Source of the DNA: Candidatus Blackburnbacteria bacterium RIFCSPHIGHO2_12_FULL_44_25
GTDB lineage: Bacteria > Patescibacteriota > Microgenomatia > UBA8517 > UBA10165
Length of the DNA stretch: 47,612 bases
Direction of reading: 5' to 3'
NCBI GenBank assembly: GCA_001816455.1
Contig: MHCB01000012.1
Coordinates: forward strand, 1-47,612
Notes under the pieces: generated by a model
Told to the model about the DNA's origin: nothing
Database searches by the model: none
Seen by the model: the letters and a program-made list of their open reading frames with translations, nothing else
Part shown: one piece after another, positions 25,875-35,900 of the stretch
Position numbering within the stretch: position 1 is the stretch's first letter
How the letters are laid out: the number at the start of each line of letters is the position of its first letter
Translations under genes and position numbers: made by a program

Positions 25875-27565
25875 AGATTCTTAACATAGTTAAACAGAAC
25901 AAATTAATATGCTTGGTTTTCTTAACCGCCGCCCTCCTGCGTTTCTACAGCCTCTCGCTTACTCCTCCTTCTTTGAACTGGGATGAGGTTTCCCTCGGGT
26001 TTAACGCCTACTCCATACTCAAAACAGGAAAAGACGAGTGGGGATTTTTTTTACCTAACATTTTTCGTGCTTACGGAGACTATAAACTCCCCGGATATAT
26101 ATATACGACCTCACTATCCGAAATACTGTTAGGAATAACACCCTTTGCCGTCCGGTTTCCGTCCGCCCTTGGAGGAATACTCACTGTCTTATTTACATAT
26201 CTTCTTGTTCAAAAACTTTTCAACAAAAACACTGCAACAATAGCTGCTCTTCTGGTTGCAGTCGAGCCCTGGACTATCTTTTTATCTCGAATTGCTCTTG
26301 AAGCAAACCTTGGTTTAACTTTTTTCATCTCGGGTCTTTACTTCTTCTTTAAATCACGAGAAAAACAACCTCTTTTCCCTCTGTCTATTTTCTTTTTTGG
26401 TTTATCTGTTTGGACATATAACTCCTATCGTATATTTACACCCTTAATGCTACTGACACTGCTTGTAATCTACGGAAAGGAAATTTTTGCACCATTAAAA
26501 AAACAAAGCACTAAACTTTCTCTACTGGCAGGCATAATAACTGCGGTTGTCTTTTTTACCCCAATGTTTTGGCAACTACTGCATCCAACAGGTCAAGCAA
26601 GGTACGAAAAAGTAGCAATTCTGGACTCAGGGGCAATTGGGACAATTGAACATTTAAGAAACAACTCAAACTTTCCCTCCCAGGTAACAAAGCTTTTTTA
26701 CAACCGACCAGCTTATTTTAGTTTTAACTTCATAAAAAATTGGGCCACCCATTTTTCTCCGAATTTTCTCTTTATTGAAGGGGGCTCGCAGTATCAATTT
26801 AGTATGCCCAAGCACGGTCTTGTATATGTAATTAATTCAATCTTTATACTAATAGGTTTGATTTATCTGGTGAAACAGAAATCAAAAAATAGTTTATTCT
26901 TATTCTCATGGCTAATTCTAGGGCCAATCGCTTCAAGTATCACCCGTGAGGCACCACACGTTTTACGCGCAATAACTCTTCTCCCGCTGCCCATGATCCT
27001 GGCCGCAGTCGGGTTAGAAGCAATTAAAAGCACTCTTAAACGAAAAAACAAGTCTCTCAAGTCTATTGCAATAATTTCATATTTGTTTTTACTGTCCGTA
27101 CTTACTGGAGTGTATTTTTATAAATACTTCACCGAGTATAAAAATGATTATTCCTGGTCTTGGCAATATGGATATAAAGAAACGGTTGACTATATAAAAC
27201 AAAACTACAATAACTACGACCAAATAATTGTCACAAAAAAATATGGAGAACCACATGAGTTTCTGTTATTCCACTGGCCTTGGGATCCGGAAAAATATAG
27301 AAGTGACTCCAATTTGGTCCGATTCAAGCAATCAGATTGGTATTGGGTCGATCGGTTTGACAAGTTTTATTTTGTAAACGATTGGGATATTCCCCACGAA
27401 ACAAACAAAATCTGGAAATTAGAAAGCGGAAGTGAAGTGCCAGTAAACCCCAAAAGAACCCTTTTGGTAACAAGTCCCGGTAATTACCCTCCGGACTGGA
27501 GTAAACTGAAGACCATAAATTTTCTGGATGGTAGTCCGGCCTTTGAGATATTGGAAAAAATATGA
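25871..27565 (+). CDS. GT-C membrane glycosyltransferase, GT39/PMT_2-like, tandem-family member 4
   Basis: 564 aa. LNWDEVSLGFNAYSILKTGKDEWGFFLPN; VEPWTIFLSRIALEAN; FLFIEGGSQYQF; SITREAPHVLRAI; NYDQIIVTKKYGEPHEFLLFHWPWDPEKYR. ATGA overlap upstream. Confidence 0.8.
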   Translation: MKILNIVKQNKLICLVFLTAALLRFYSLSLTPPSLNWDEVSLGFNAYSILKTGKDEWGFFLPNIFRAYGDYKLPGYIYTTSLSEILLGITPFAVRFPSALGGILTVLFTYLLVQKLFNKNTATIAALLVAVEPWTIFLSRIALEANLGLTFFISGLYFFFKSREKQPLFPLSIFFFGLSVWTYNSYRIFTPLMLLTLLVIYGKEIFAPLKKQSTKLSLLAGIITAVVFFTPMFWQLLHPTGQARYEKVAILDSGAIGTIEHLRNNSNFPSQVTKLFYNRPAYFSFNFIKNWATHFSPNFLFIEGGSQYQFSMPKHGLVYVINSIFILIGLIYLVKQKSKNSLFLFSWLILGPIASSITREAPHVLRAITLLPLPMILAAVGLEAIKSTLKRKNKSLKSIAIISYLFLLSVLTGVYFYKYFTEYKNDYSWSWQYGYKETVDYIKQNYNNYDQIIVTKKYGEPHEFLLFHWPWDPEKYRSDSNLVRFKQSDWYWVDRFDKFYFVNDWDIPHETNKIWKLESGSEVPVNPKRTLLVTSPGNYPPDWSKLKTINFLDGSPAFEILEKI

Positions 27566-29223
27566 TAGTTAAAAACAAACTCGTCCTAGTAGTAATCCTG
27601 ACAATCGCAGCGATACTTCGCTTGTGGAACCTTGATACGAACCCGCCCCATCTTTATAGTGATGAAGCAGCTATCGGGTACAATGCTTATTCTATTCTCA
27701 AAACCGGCCGCGATGAACACGGCGAGTTTCTTCCTATTGTTTTCAAGTCCTTCGGGGATTGGAAACCAGGACTCTATATCTATTCAACCGTACCGTTTAT
27801 TGCGACCCTCGGCTTGAGCGAGTTGTCGGTAAGACTCCCAAGCGCAATTGCTGGAATAGTGGCGGTATTTCTACTCTATCTCCTAGCAAAAGAGCTATTT
27901 AAAAATGAAAAAATAGCATTTTTAATAAGCCTTTGTCTTGCGCTCACTCCTTGGCATATTCATTTTTCCAGAGGAGCGTGGGAGGCAAACCTCAGCCTAA
28001 CAATACTTCTGGGAGGCACGCTATGTTTTGTTAAGTCTATCAGCGGTAAAAAGAAGTATCTTCTTCCAGGAGCGATCCTTTTCGCACTAACGTTGTGGAC
28101 ATATCAAGGGGCGAAGCTCGCTTCATTAATCGTCCTCGGAATCCTTACATACACATACAGAAAACCTCTACTGGAAATAAACCGTAAGTTAGCAACAACC
28201 ACCATCCTGATGGGTATCATTCTTACACTCCCCATACTCCTAAGTCTCATCGACGGGAAAGCCGGCCGTTTAAGTGTTTACAGTCTGTTTTCTTACGAAA
28301 GACCCCCTGAGAGCATAGATCGTATTTTGTCCCAAGAGGGAGTAAGTCGTAACTCGTGGCAATACAAACTTTATCACACAGAAACGCTTTCCTTTGTTCG
28401 TGGTCTTACCGGTAGATGGGTTAATCACTATTCCGGTCGTTTCCTATTTTTCGAGGGCGATTGGTCAAACCCTCGCCATCAAGCACCGGAGACAGGAATG
28501 CTTCTACTGATACAACTGCCTTTACTGTTATTGGGAACATTTATTCTCGTGCGCCAAAAAGACACAAAAGCAATAAGCTTCATTTTACTTTGGCTGATTC
28601 TTGCACCGCTTCCCGCTGCCCTATCTCGTGATTCAGTTCATGCCGTCCGAAGTTTCAACCTGGTAATTCCTCTTGCAGTGCTAACCGGTTTAGGTGTATG
28701 GGGCATAACTGAATTTTTACAAAAACAGAAAAAGAAGGTAGCATTTCCAATAAGCGCCGCGCTCTGTTGTATTTTCATTCTCAACTACTGGTACTATCTC
28801 GACAATTACTTTGTTCACTATCCCAAAAGAAACGCACAAGCATGGCTTTACGGGTACAAAGAGGTGATAGGAGCAATCAATAAAAAAAACTACGACGAAG
28901 TTATTTTTCAGCAAAGCTACAATCAACCCTACATGTTTTTTCTTTTTTATAAAAAATATGACCCAGAAAAATACCAAGCTACGTCCCGGAAGTACTACGA
29001 GGAAAATCCTTATGGGGATGTAGGAAAAATTTCACGTTTAGATAACATTTCCTTTAGAAATGCAACGGAAAGCGATTTGCACAAACCAGGGACGTTAATT
29101 ATATTTGACCCGGAGACCCCCCCATATCCAGCCATCCTAGAAGAGCATAGGGGTGGGGAAGTAGGAGAGGTTAAAAGGCCTAACGGAAGCACCGCATTTA
29201 GAATACTAAAGTTCAGTGAATAA
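27562..29223 (+). CDS. GT-C membrane glycosyltransferase, GT39/PMT_2-like, tandem-family member 5
   Basis: 553 aa. LYSDEAAIGYNAYSILKTGRDEHGEFLPI; LTPWHIHFSRGAWEAN; FLFFEGDWSNPRHQAP; ALSRDSVHAVRSF; NYDEVIFQQSYNQPYMFFLFYKKYDPEKYQ. ATGA overlap upstream. Confidence 0.8.
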   Translation: MIVKNKLVLVVILTIAAILRLWNLDTNPPHLYSDEAAIGYNAYSILKTGRDEHGEFLPIVFKSFGDWKPGLYIYSTVPFIATLGLSELSVRLPSAIAGIVAVFLLYLLAKELFKNEKIAFLISLCLALTPWHIHFSRGAWEANLSLTILLGGTLCFVKSISGKKKYLLPGAILFALTLWTYQGAKLASLIVLGILTYTYRKPLLEINRKLATTTILMGIILTLPILLSLIDGKAGRLSVYSLFSYERPPESIDRILSQEGVSRNSWQYKLYHTETLSFVRGLTGRWVNHYSGRFLFFEGDWSNPRHQAPETGMLLLIQLPLLLLGTFILVRQKDTKAISFILLWLILAPLPAALSRDSVHAVRSFNLVIPLAVLTGLGVWGITEFLQKQKKKVAFPISAALCCIFILNYWYYLDNYFVHYPKRNAQAWLYGYKEVIGAINKKNYDEVIFQQSYNQPYMFFLFYKKYDPEKYQATSRKYYEENPYGDVGKISRLDNISFRNATESDLHKPGTLIIFDPETPPYPAILEEHRGGEVGEVKRPNGSTAFRILKFSE

Positions 29224-30835
29224 AATACTAATTACAACTATTGTGTTACTGGGGGCCATTTTACGCTTTAACCAGTTGAACAACCTTCCAGCACTAAACG
29301 CTGACGAAGCAGCGATAGGTTACAATGTATACTCACTTCTCGAAACTGGGAGAGACGAACACGGCAACCCATGGCCTATTCATTTCCAATCTTTCAACGA
29401 CTACAAGCCGGGTCTTTATTTCTACCTAACCCTACCTTTTGTCAAAGTACTCGGTTTAACCGAGCTCGCAGTAAGACTCCCCGGCGCAACTTTAGGAGTA
29501 CTTTCCATTTTTGTCGTGTGGCTTCTGGTAAAAAACCTATTTCCTGATAAAAAGTACCTCGCAGAACTCTCCGCTCTATTTTTAGCAATTTCTCCCTGGC
29601 ACATCCATTTCTCAAGAGGGGGTTGGGAAGTAAACGCAGCCACGTTTTTTATTACACTTGGGGTGTTGGGACTTACGAAAAGTGCACAAAGTTCCAAGTG
29701 GTTTCTTGTCACACTTCTTTCCTGGGTGGCAGCAATGTACACCTACCACGCAGCAAGAGTGGTAATTCCACTGCTTGCTCTAAGCTTATCTGTATATTAC
29801 GACAGCATACTGAAAAACAAGAAAAGGTTGGCAACAATCCTTCTAGTCGGAACAATACTGCTAATTCCTCTGGCAAGGGATATGGTAGGCGAGGCGGGCG
29901 TTTCCCGCGCCTCGGGCGTAGGGCTACTAGCCGATCCAGGTCCGGTCAACAAAACAAACGTACAAAGAGGTGAGCACCTGTCCTCAGTGGGTCTCGCAGC
30001 CGAGGCTTTACACAATAAAGTCGTAAATTACGCTCTAGCATTTGCCCAGAATTACACAGAACACTTCTCTGGCGACTTTTTGTTTATATCTGGAGATGAT
30101 ATAGAAAGAAATAAAATACCAGAATTCGGAGTCATGTACCTTTCTGATATGGTATTCATATTGATTGGAATACTAGCCATTCTGAAAGGTCCCAAAGGTT
30201 GGTATCCAGTGTTAATGTGGCTTCTGGTAGCCCCGATAGCAGCAGCACTAACCTTTCAATCTCCCCACGCTTTGCGTGCCCACAATATGGTCATACCCCT
30301 GACCATAATCAGCGCATTCGGACTGTGGAATCTGGTTTTATGGTCAAACAAATATACTAAAACCAAACTCTCTCGTTTTGCATTTTGCGTTTTACTTTTC
30401 ACTCCAGTGGTATGGGACTTTTCCCGCTATCTACACCAGTACTATATTCATTTAAATAAAACATATGATTATTCGTCTCAATACGGTGTTAAAAAGTTAG
30501 TGGAGTACACAAAAACTCAGTCTCGTTATTCAAACTATTTGATAACCACCAGATACGATCAACCCTATATTATTTTCCTTTTTTACTTGAAACACCCGCC
30601 TGAAAAATTCCAAAAAGAACATACCCTTACGGCACGCGACCGATTTGGTTTTTCGACAGTTGAGAAATTCAGTAACTATTCCTTCAAGGAGATAACAAAT
30701 TGGAACGCCACAAGAACCAGTAACCCAAATACCCTAATTGCAGGTGCCCCTGAAGAAATACCAGATGGAGCAAACGTAATTAATACCATATACTTTCCAA
30801 GCGGCAAAATCGCCTTTAAAGTAGTAGCCAACTAA
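29216..30835 (+). CDS. GT-C membrane glycosyltransferase, GT39/PMT_2-like, tandem-family member 6
   Basis: 539 aa, GTG start overlapping the previous stop by 8 nt. LNADEAAIGYNVYSLLETGRDEHGNPWPI; ISPWHIHFSRGGWEVN; FLFISGDDIERNK; ALTFQSPHALRAH; RYSNYLITTRYDQPYIIFLFYLKHPPEKFQ. Confidence 0.8.
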   Translation: MNKILITTIVLLGAILRFNQLNNLPALNADEAAIGYNVYSLLETGRDEHGNPWPIHFQSFNDYKPGLYFYLTLPFVKVLGLTELAVRLPGATLGVLSIFVVWLLVKNLFPDKKYLAELSALFLAISPWHIHFSRGGWEVNAATFFITLGVLGLTKSAQSSKWFLVTLLSWVAAMYTYHAARVVIPLLALSLSVYYDSILKNKKRLATILLVGTILLIPLARDMVGEAGVSRASGVGLLADPGPVNKTNVQRGEHLSSVGLAAEALHNKVVNYALAFAQNYTEHFSGDFLFISGDDIERNKIPEFGVMYLSDMVFILIGILAILKGPKGWYPVLMWLLVAPIAAALTFQSPHALRAHNMVIPLTIISAFGLWNLVLWSNKYTKTKLSRFAFCVLLFTPVVWDFSRYLHQYYIHLNKTYDYSSQYGVKKLVEYTKTQSRYSNYLITTRYDQPYIIFLFYLKHPPEKFQKEHTLTARDRFGFSTVEKFSNYSFKEITNWNATRTSNPNTLIAGAPEEIPDGANVINTIYFPSGKIAFKVVAN

Positions 30836-30837
30836 AG

Positions 30838-31704
30838 ATGAAAAAAAGCAAACTTTCCATAGTTCTTGCAACCTTCAACGAAGAAGATAACATCGCGCCC
30901 TGTCTCGAATCAATAAAAGACATCGCCGATGAAATCGTAATTGTTGATGGCTCCTCTAGCGACAAGACGGTTCCAATCGCACTCTCTTATGGCGCAAGGG
31001 TTATCAAAAGGGAGAATTATCCGAATTTTCACATCAACAAAAAATATGCGATAGATCATGCCCATGGAGAATGGGTGTTACAACTTGACGCAGACGAACG
31101 GGTAAGTATAAAACTAGCCCAGGAAATAGCACAAGTTATGAGAATGACGCCTGGAGAATTAGAAGTTCACCAACAAAACCTAAGAGGGAGAGAACTACTC
31201 TTAAGACACCAACACCTCATAGAAGAAAGAGACGGAAAGATCGGAGACACACAAGGAGAGTACACAGCCTTTTTCTTTCCAAGAAGAAATTTTTTCTTGG
31301 GAAAATACATGAAGTATGGAGGAACGTACCCTGATGGGGTAATACGCCTCTTTAGAAATGGTAAAGCAAATCTTCCGGCAAAAGACGTACACGAACAAAT
31401 GTGGGTGAAGGGGCGCGTCGGCTGGTTGCGGAACGATCTCTTACACCTAGACTCACCAACGTTTGCACGCTATATCGCCAGGAATAGCAGATACATCGAC
31501 CTAATAGCCAAGGAACTGAAAAAAGAAAAGACCGGAAAAAGTCCGATTACTTTTCTAAACTATTTTCTCGTTAAACCTCTGCACTGGTTTCTGTTGACCC
31601 AAATAAGACACAAAGGAATTCTTGACGGCTTTCAGGGAATTGTTTTTTCTTTTTTTTCTGCCCTCAGATTCCCCAGAGCCTATTGGAGGTACCTAAATGA
31701 TTAA
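30838..31704 (+). CDS. GT2 glycosyltransferase, WaaE/LgtF-like
   Basis: 288 aa. LSIVLATFNEEDNIAPCL...EIVIVDGSSSDKT...LQLDADERV...TYPDGVIRLFRNG...VHEQ...ARNSRYIDL. Confidence 0.85.
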   Translation: MKKSKLSIVLATFNEEDNIAPCLESIKDIADEIVIVDGSSSDKTVPIALSYGARVIKRENYPNFHINKKYAIDHAHGEWVLQLDADERVSIKLAQEIAQVMRMTPGELEVHQQNLRGRELLLRHQHLIEERDGKIGDTQGEYTAFFFPRRNFFLGKYMKYGGTYPDGVIRLFRNGKANLPAKDVHEQMWVKGRVGWLRNDLLHLDSPTFARYIARNSRYIDLIAKELKKEKTGKSPITFLNYFLVKPLHWFLLTQIRHKGILDGFQGIVFSFFSALRFPRAYWRYLND

Positions 31705-32716
31705 AGTATTCGTAAACAAATCACCACTAGAAACAGCTCATTCTACGAGGGGTATTGGCCTCTACACAAAAGAACTAACAACCGCTCTTAAAGAAAATAA
31801 AAACATACAACTTGTCGACGATGTGACCAATGCAGATATAATCCACCATCCTTTCTTTGATCTGTTCTTCCCAACACTACCAGAACCACACAAAAAGATA
31901 CCAACTGTGGTTACAGTTCACGACGTTATACCGCTGATCTATCCGAACCAATACAAACCAGGAGTAAGAGGCAGGATAAGATTTCTTAGACAGAAAGAAA
32001 GACTCAGAAAAGTTAACGCCCTTCTAACCGACTCCGAAACCTCTAAAAAGGACATAGTTCGACTCTTGAGTATTCCAGCTGAAAAGATATTTGTCACACA
32101 TCTTGCCCCAGCTTCTCACTTTCGACAGCTGACGGCTGGCAACTGGGAGCTGGAAACTAAAAAGCATTACGATCTACCCGAACATTTTGTACTTTATGTC
32201 GGAGATGTAAATTACAACAAAAATATCGGGGGTCTTCTCCAAGCAGTAAGCCTACTTGATAAGACCAATGTGGTAATGGTTGGTAAAGCTTTTCAGACAA
32301 ATATACCCGAAGCTCGGCAAATTACTGAACAGATCAGAAACTTAAAACTAGAAAAAAGGGTCACAATGCCCGGTTTTGTGCCAAACGACGACTTAGTGAA
32401 ACTATACAATTTAGCAACTGCAGTTTGCCAACCATCTTTGTATGAAGGTTTTGGACTACCAATACTTGAAGCGCAGGCTTGTGAAACTCCCGTAGTTGCC
32501 AACAAAACCCAGGCATTAGTAGAGATAGCAGGGAATAGCGTCCTATTTGCTGGCAACAAACCGAATGATCTAGCGCAAAAACTAAAAAACCTACTAACAG
32601 ACACTAAACTACAAACTGCACTTAGAAAAAGAGGGAGAGAAAACATTAAAAGATTTTCATGGCAAAAAACAGCCAGAAAAACTTTAAAGGTGTATGAAAA
32701 AGTACTTGGGATTTAA
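31697..32716 (+). CDS. GT4 (GT-B fold) glycosyltransferase, mannosyltransferase-like
   Basis: 339 aa. YVGDVNYNKNIGGLLQA...PSLYEGFGLPILEAQACETPVVANKTQALVEIAGNSVLF. Confidence 0.85.
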   Translation: MIKVFVNKSPLETAHSTRGIGLYTKELTTALKENKNIQLVDDVTNADIIHHPFFDLFFPTLPEPHKKIPTVVTVHDVIPLIYPNQYKPGVRGRIRFLRQKERLRKVNALLTDSETSKKDIVRLLSIPAEKIFVTHLAPASHFRQLTAGNWELETKKHYDLPEHFVLYVGDVNYNKNIGGLLQAVSLLDKTNVVMVGKAFQTNIPEARQITEQIRNLKLEKRVTMPGFVPNDDLVKLYNLATAVCQPSLYEGFGLPILEAQACETPVVANKTQALVEIAGNSVLFAGNKPNDLAQKLKNLLTDTKLQTALRKRGRENIKRFSWQKTARKTLKVYEKVLGI

Positions 32717-33854
32717 TCGCGATCTTTTCGAGATCGTGCTTTTTTTTATCGCATGGAGAATTTGGATCACAGTTTTTGCTCTTCTGGGTATAATTCTCCT
32801 CCAACCCCCGAGTCGGGATCTCTTTGGAGGCGGATTTGAAAACTACATAACCAACCCACTCTTCTGGGGATGGAGTAATTTTGACGGTGAACATTATGTG
32901 TCAATCGCACAAAAAGGATACGGCACACTCACCCATGCCTTTTTTCCAGGCTACCCATTCTTAATAAAGCAATTAAGCCCCGAAGGTTTATCGAGAATTG
33001 TCTTTACAGGCCAGGCGGTAAGCTCCCTGTTCTTTCTACTTAGTTTAATTGTGCTATGGCAGCTGATTCGACTGGACTATCCCAGAGAAGTTGCTCGCTT
33101 TGCGCTTGTTCTCCTTGTAACCTTTCCTACCTCTTTCTTTTTTGGTTCCGTCTACGGCGAGTCCTTACTTTTGTTTCTTACACTGTTAAGTTTTTTTCTA
33201 GCAAGAAAAGCAAAATGGTTTACCAGCAGTTTGATAGCAAGCATCGCATCCGCCACCCGAATTTTCGGCATAGTACTCCTGCCCAGTCTTTTTATTGAAT
33301 GGTTATTGCAAAGAAAAGGCGGAAAGATAACAATCAGAGATGCTCAAATTTTCACAATAGCCCTGGCCGGACTAGGCCTTCTTCTTTACATGCTTTATCT
33401 TTACAAAACAACTGGTAACCCATTAAGTTTTTATACAGAGCAGAAGTTCTTTGCCCAAGGTCGCGTAAGCGATAAGCTTATACTTCTCCCTCAAGTTTTC
33501 TGGAGATATTTTAAAATGCTCCTTACCGTACAGAAAACAAGCCCTCTATATTTCACTGTTTGGATGGAATTTTTGTCAGGAATTCTCGGGAGTGTCTTGA
33601 TAGTTTATGGTTATTTTAGAAAGGTCAGGTATTCATATCTTGCATTCGCAACAATTTCCTTTTTACTTCCCACGTTGACTGGTAGTTTCACCTCTCTACC
33701 ACGATACACTCTGGTTATATTCCCATTCTTCATCATAGGTTCTTTGTGGCTGTCAGATGCAAAGAAAAAAACCAGAGTCGCAATAATAAGTCTGTTTGTC
33801 GTACTCCTCGGGATAAAAACCATGATGTTCGTGACAGGATATTGGGTCGCATGA
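32694..33854 (+). CDS. GT-C-like membrane mannosyltransferase, PIG-V/Gpi18-like
   Basis: 386 aa. WGWSNFDGEHYVSIAQKGYGTLTHAFFPGYPFLIKQL is followed by about 9 TM helices. This is the motif pattern of the Mannosyl_trans2/COG5542 type. Confidence 0.7.
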   Translation: MKKYLGFNRDLFEIVLFFIAWRIWITVFALLGIILLQPPSRDLFGGGFENYITNPLFWGWSNFDGEHYVSIAQKGYGTLTHAFFPGYPFLIKQLSPEGLSRIVFTGQAVSSLFFLLSLIVLWQLIRLDYPREVARFALVLLVTFPTSFFFGSVYGESLLLFLTLLSFFLARKAKWFTSSLIASIASATRIFGIVLLPSLFIEWLLQRKGGKITIRDAQIFTIALAGLGLLLYMLYLYKTTGNPLSFYTEQKFFAQGRVSDKLILLPQVFWRYFKMLLTVQKTSPLYFTVWMEFLSGILGSVLIVYGYFRKVRYSYLAFATISFLLPTLTGSFTSLPRYTLVIFPFFIIGSLWLSDAKKKTRVAIISLFVVLLGIKTMMFVTGYWVA

Positions 33855-35110
33855 GAACGATCACCCTAATTCAAAATTACTGGCACAAATTGTTAACAAA
33901 CCCACTCTTGGTGGGAAGCGTCATCATGTTTGTTGGGGCGAATGTTCACAACGCAGGTCAACTTTTGTATCACTATCTGGCGATAAATCTCTTAAGTAGG
34001 GCACACTACGGAGACTTAGCTGCAATGATCGCAATCTTTAGTTATCTTGGCATTGTTCAGCAATCGCTGGGGCTATCGGTTGTAAAATTTATTGCATCAG
34101 AAAAGGACGAGAAAGAATCACATGGCCATTCAAAGGCGATCTTTTTTTGGAGCATATGGGTAGCAGGGGCAATGGCTCTAATAATTCTTACACTAGCCCC
34201 TTTAATATCCAAATTTTTACAAATAGGACAACCAGGTGCGGTGTATCTGTTTGCACCAGTTGTTTTTATTACTTTTGTGACGAACACCGGAAGATCTCTG
34301 CTGCAAGGTGTTGTGCGTTTTTTTCAACTTGCCACAAGCATGATAGTCGAGGTGCTCGTGAAAATTATTTCAACGATAGTACTTGTTAAATTAGGCTATG
34401 AACTTTTTGGTGCAGTCATCGGTCTTTTGATAGGAGCAGCAGTTGGACTTGGGGTTGTCTGGCTCTCCTTAAAAGACAACCTAAAAGGTGCAAGAAAAAC
34501 AATGCTAAGTATCGTACCTCTGTTAAAATACTCACTACCAGTAATGGTTCAAAGCATTGCCATGACCGCAATGTATTCGACAGACATTATCCTTGTTAAG
34601 CATTTCTTCCAACCCGATATTGCTGGATCTTATGCAGCCCTGTCTAAATTTGGTACCATTGCGCTTTTTGTCTCATCTCCAATAGCAACGGTAATGTTTC
34701 CCTTAGTCGCAAAAAAACATTCTCACGGAGAACCATACCATAAAGTTTTCTACCTAAGCTTAGCGTCAATCACAATCATTTCTTCCGTTGTTGTGATTAT
34801 ATATAAACTATTTGGTAGTCTTATCGCTGATACTCTCACAAAAGGAAAATATGTTGAAGAATCATACTTACTGTGGTGGTTTGGTTTGTATATGTTACTC
34901 TTGGGTGTGGCAGTCCTCTTTACTCAGTTTTATCTATCTATTGGCCAAACGAAGACAGTATGGTTGTTCGCCATAGCAGCAATCCTTCAGGTTGTACTTA
35001 TTTGGTTTTTCCACTCCGAGCTTGTTAGCATTATACAGTCATCTGTCGTATCAGCTGCTTTACTGGTACTTTGCCTTTCCATATACTTCCTATATCATGA
35101 CCATAAATAA
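33851..35110 (+). CDS. MOP-superfamily-like flippase (second copy, divergent)
   Basis: The track ORF starts at 33746. ATG 33851 forms an ATGA junction with the previous stop: MRTITLIQNYWHKLLTNPLLVGSVIMFVGANV... About 12 TM helices, 419 aa. No diagnostic motif beyond architecture and context. Confidence 0.6.
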   Translation: MRTITLIQNYWHKLLTNPLLVGSVIMFVGANVHNAGQLLYHYLAINLLSRAHYGDLAAMIAIFSYLGIVQQSLGLSVVKFIASEKDEKESHGHSKAIFFWSIWVAGAMALIILTLAPLISKFLQIGQPGAVYLFAPVVFITFVTNTGRSLLQGVVRFFQLATSMIVEVLVKIISTIVLVKLGYELFGAVIGLLIGAAVGLGVVWLSLKDNLKGARKTMLSIVPLLKYSLPVMVQSIAMTAMYSTDIILVKHFFQPDIAGSYAALSKFGTIALFVSSPIATVMFPLVAKKHSHGEPYHKVFYLSLASITIISSVVVIIYKLFGSLIADTLTKGKYVEESYLLWWFGLYMLLLGVAVLFTQFYLSIGQTKTVWLFAIAAILQVVLIWFFHSELVSIIQSSVVSAALLVLCLSIYFLYHDHK

Positions 35111-35891
35111 AGGGTTACTTTCTGTTGTTGTGCCTGCGTATAAGCAAGAAAGAACCATAAAGCGTGACCTTGAAAACATAGACCGTGTGTTGTCGGAGGG
35201 ACTAAGAGACTACAATTACGAGATCATCTGTGTGGTTGACGGAATCTTAGATAACACGTCTGCGCAAGCCAGAAAGGTGAAATCTTCACACGTTCGGGTA
35301 TATGACTACGACCAGAATCGCGGAAAAGGATACGCGATCAGATATGGTATGTCCAAGACCAAAGGCGATCTTGTTTCCTTTTTAGACGCGGGTATGGAAA
35401 TTTCCCCAACAGGTATTATGATGCTTATGGCGCACATGGAGTGGTATAAAGCAGATATAGTTGTAGGCTCAAAACGTCACCCCGCCTCTCGGGTTAACTA
35501 TCCCCTTTTTCGTCATGTATTAAGCATTGGATACCACATTCTAGTCAAAATTATGTTCGGACTTTTTGTACGCGATACGCAAAGCGGTATAAAAATATTT
35601 AAAAGAAACGTTGTAGATAAAATACTCCCCAGACTTCTTGTCAAGAGATACGCGACTGATATCGAAATGCTTGCCGTTGCAAAATACGTGGGGTATGGGA
35701 GAATATACGAAGCCCCCATTGAAGTAAAGTTTGATAAAAAAACGAGCGCTATACGCTGGAGAACAGTTATCGATATGACTATTGATACACTTGCAGTTTT
35801 CTATCGGCTAAAAATTCTCCGCTATTATGCAGACAAAAATAAAACGAACTGGATAAAAGATCCTCAAGTCGACTTGGGAGCACCCGTCTAA
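35097..35891 (+). CDS. GT2 polyprenyl-phosphate sugar synthase-like (DPM1/GtrB/CsbB type)
   Basis: The track ORF starts at 34992; ATG 35097 is preferred. MTINKGLLSVVVPAYKQERTI...YEIICVVDGILDNT...NRGKGYAIRYGM...GDLVSFLDAGME...GSKRHPASRV...VRDTQSGIKIFKR...RYATDIEMLAVA. Confidence 0.8.
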   Translation: MTINKGLLSVVVPAYKQERTIKRDLENIDRVLSEGLRDYNYEIICVVDGILDNTSAQARKVKSSHVRVYDYDQNRGKGYAIRYGMSKTKGDLVSFLDAGMEISPTGIMMLMAHMEWYKADIVVGSKRHPASRVNYPLFRHVLSIGYHILVKIMFGLFVRDTQSGIKIFKRNVVDKILPRLLVKRYATDIEMLAVAKYVGYGRIYEAPIEVKFDKKTSAIRWRTVIDMTIDTLAVFYRLKILRYYADKNKTNWIKDPQVDLGAPV

Positions 35892-35900
35892 TCTTCTGTA

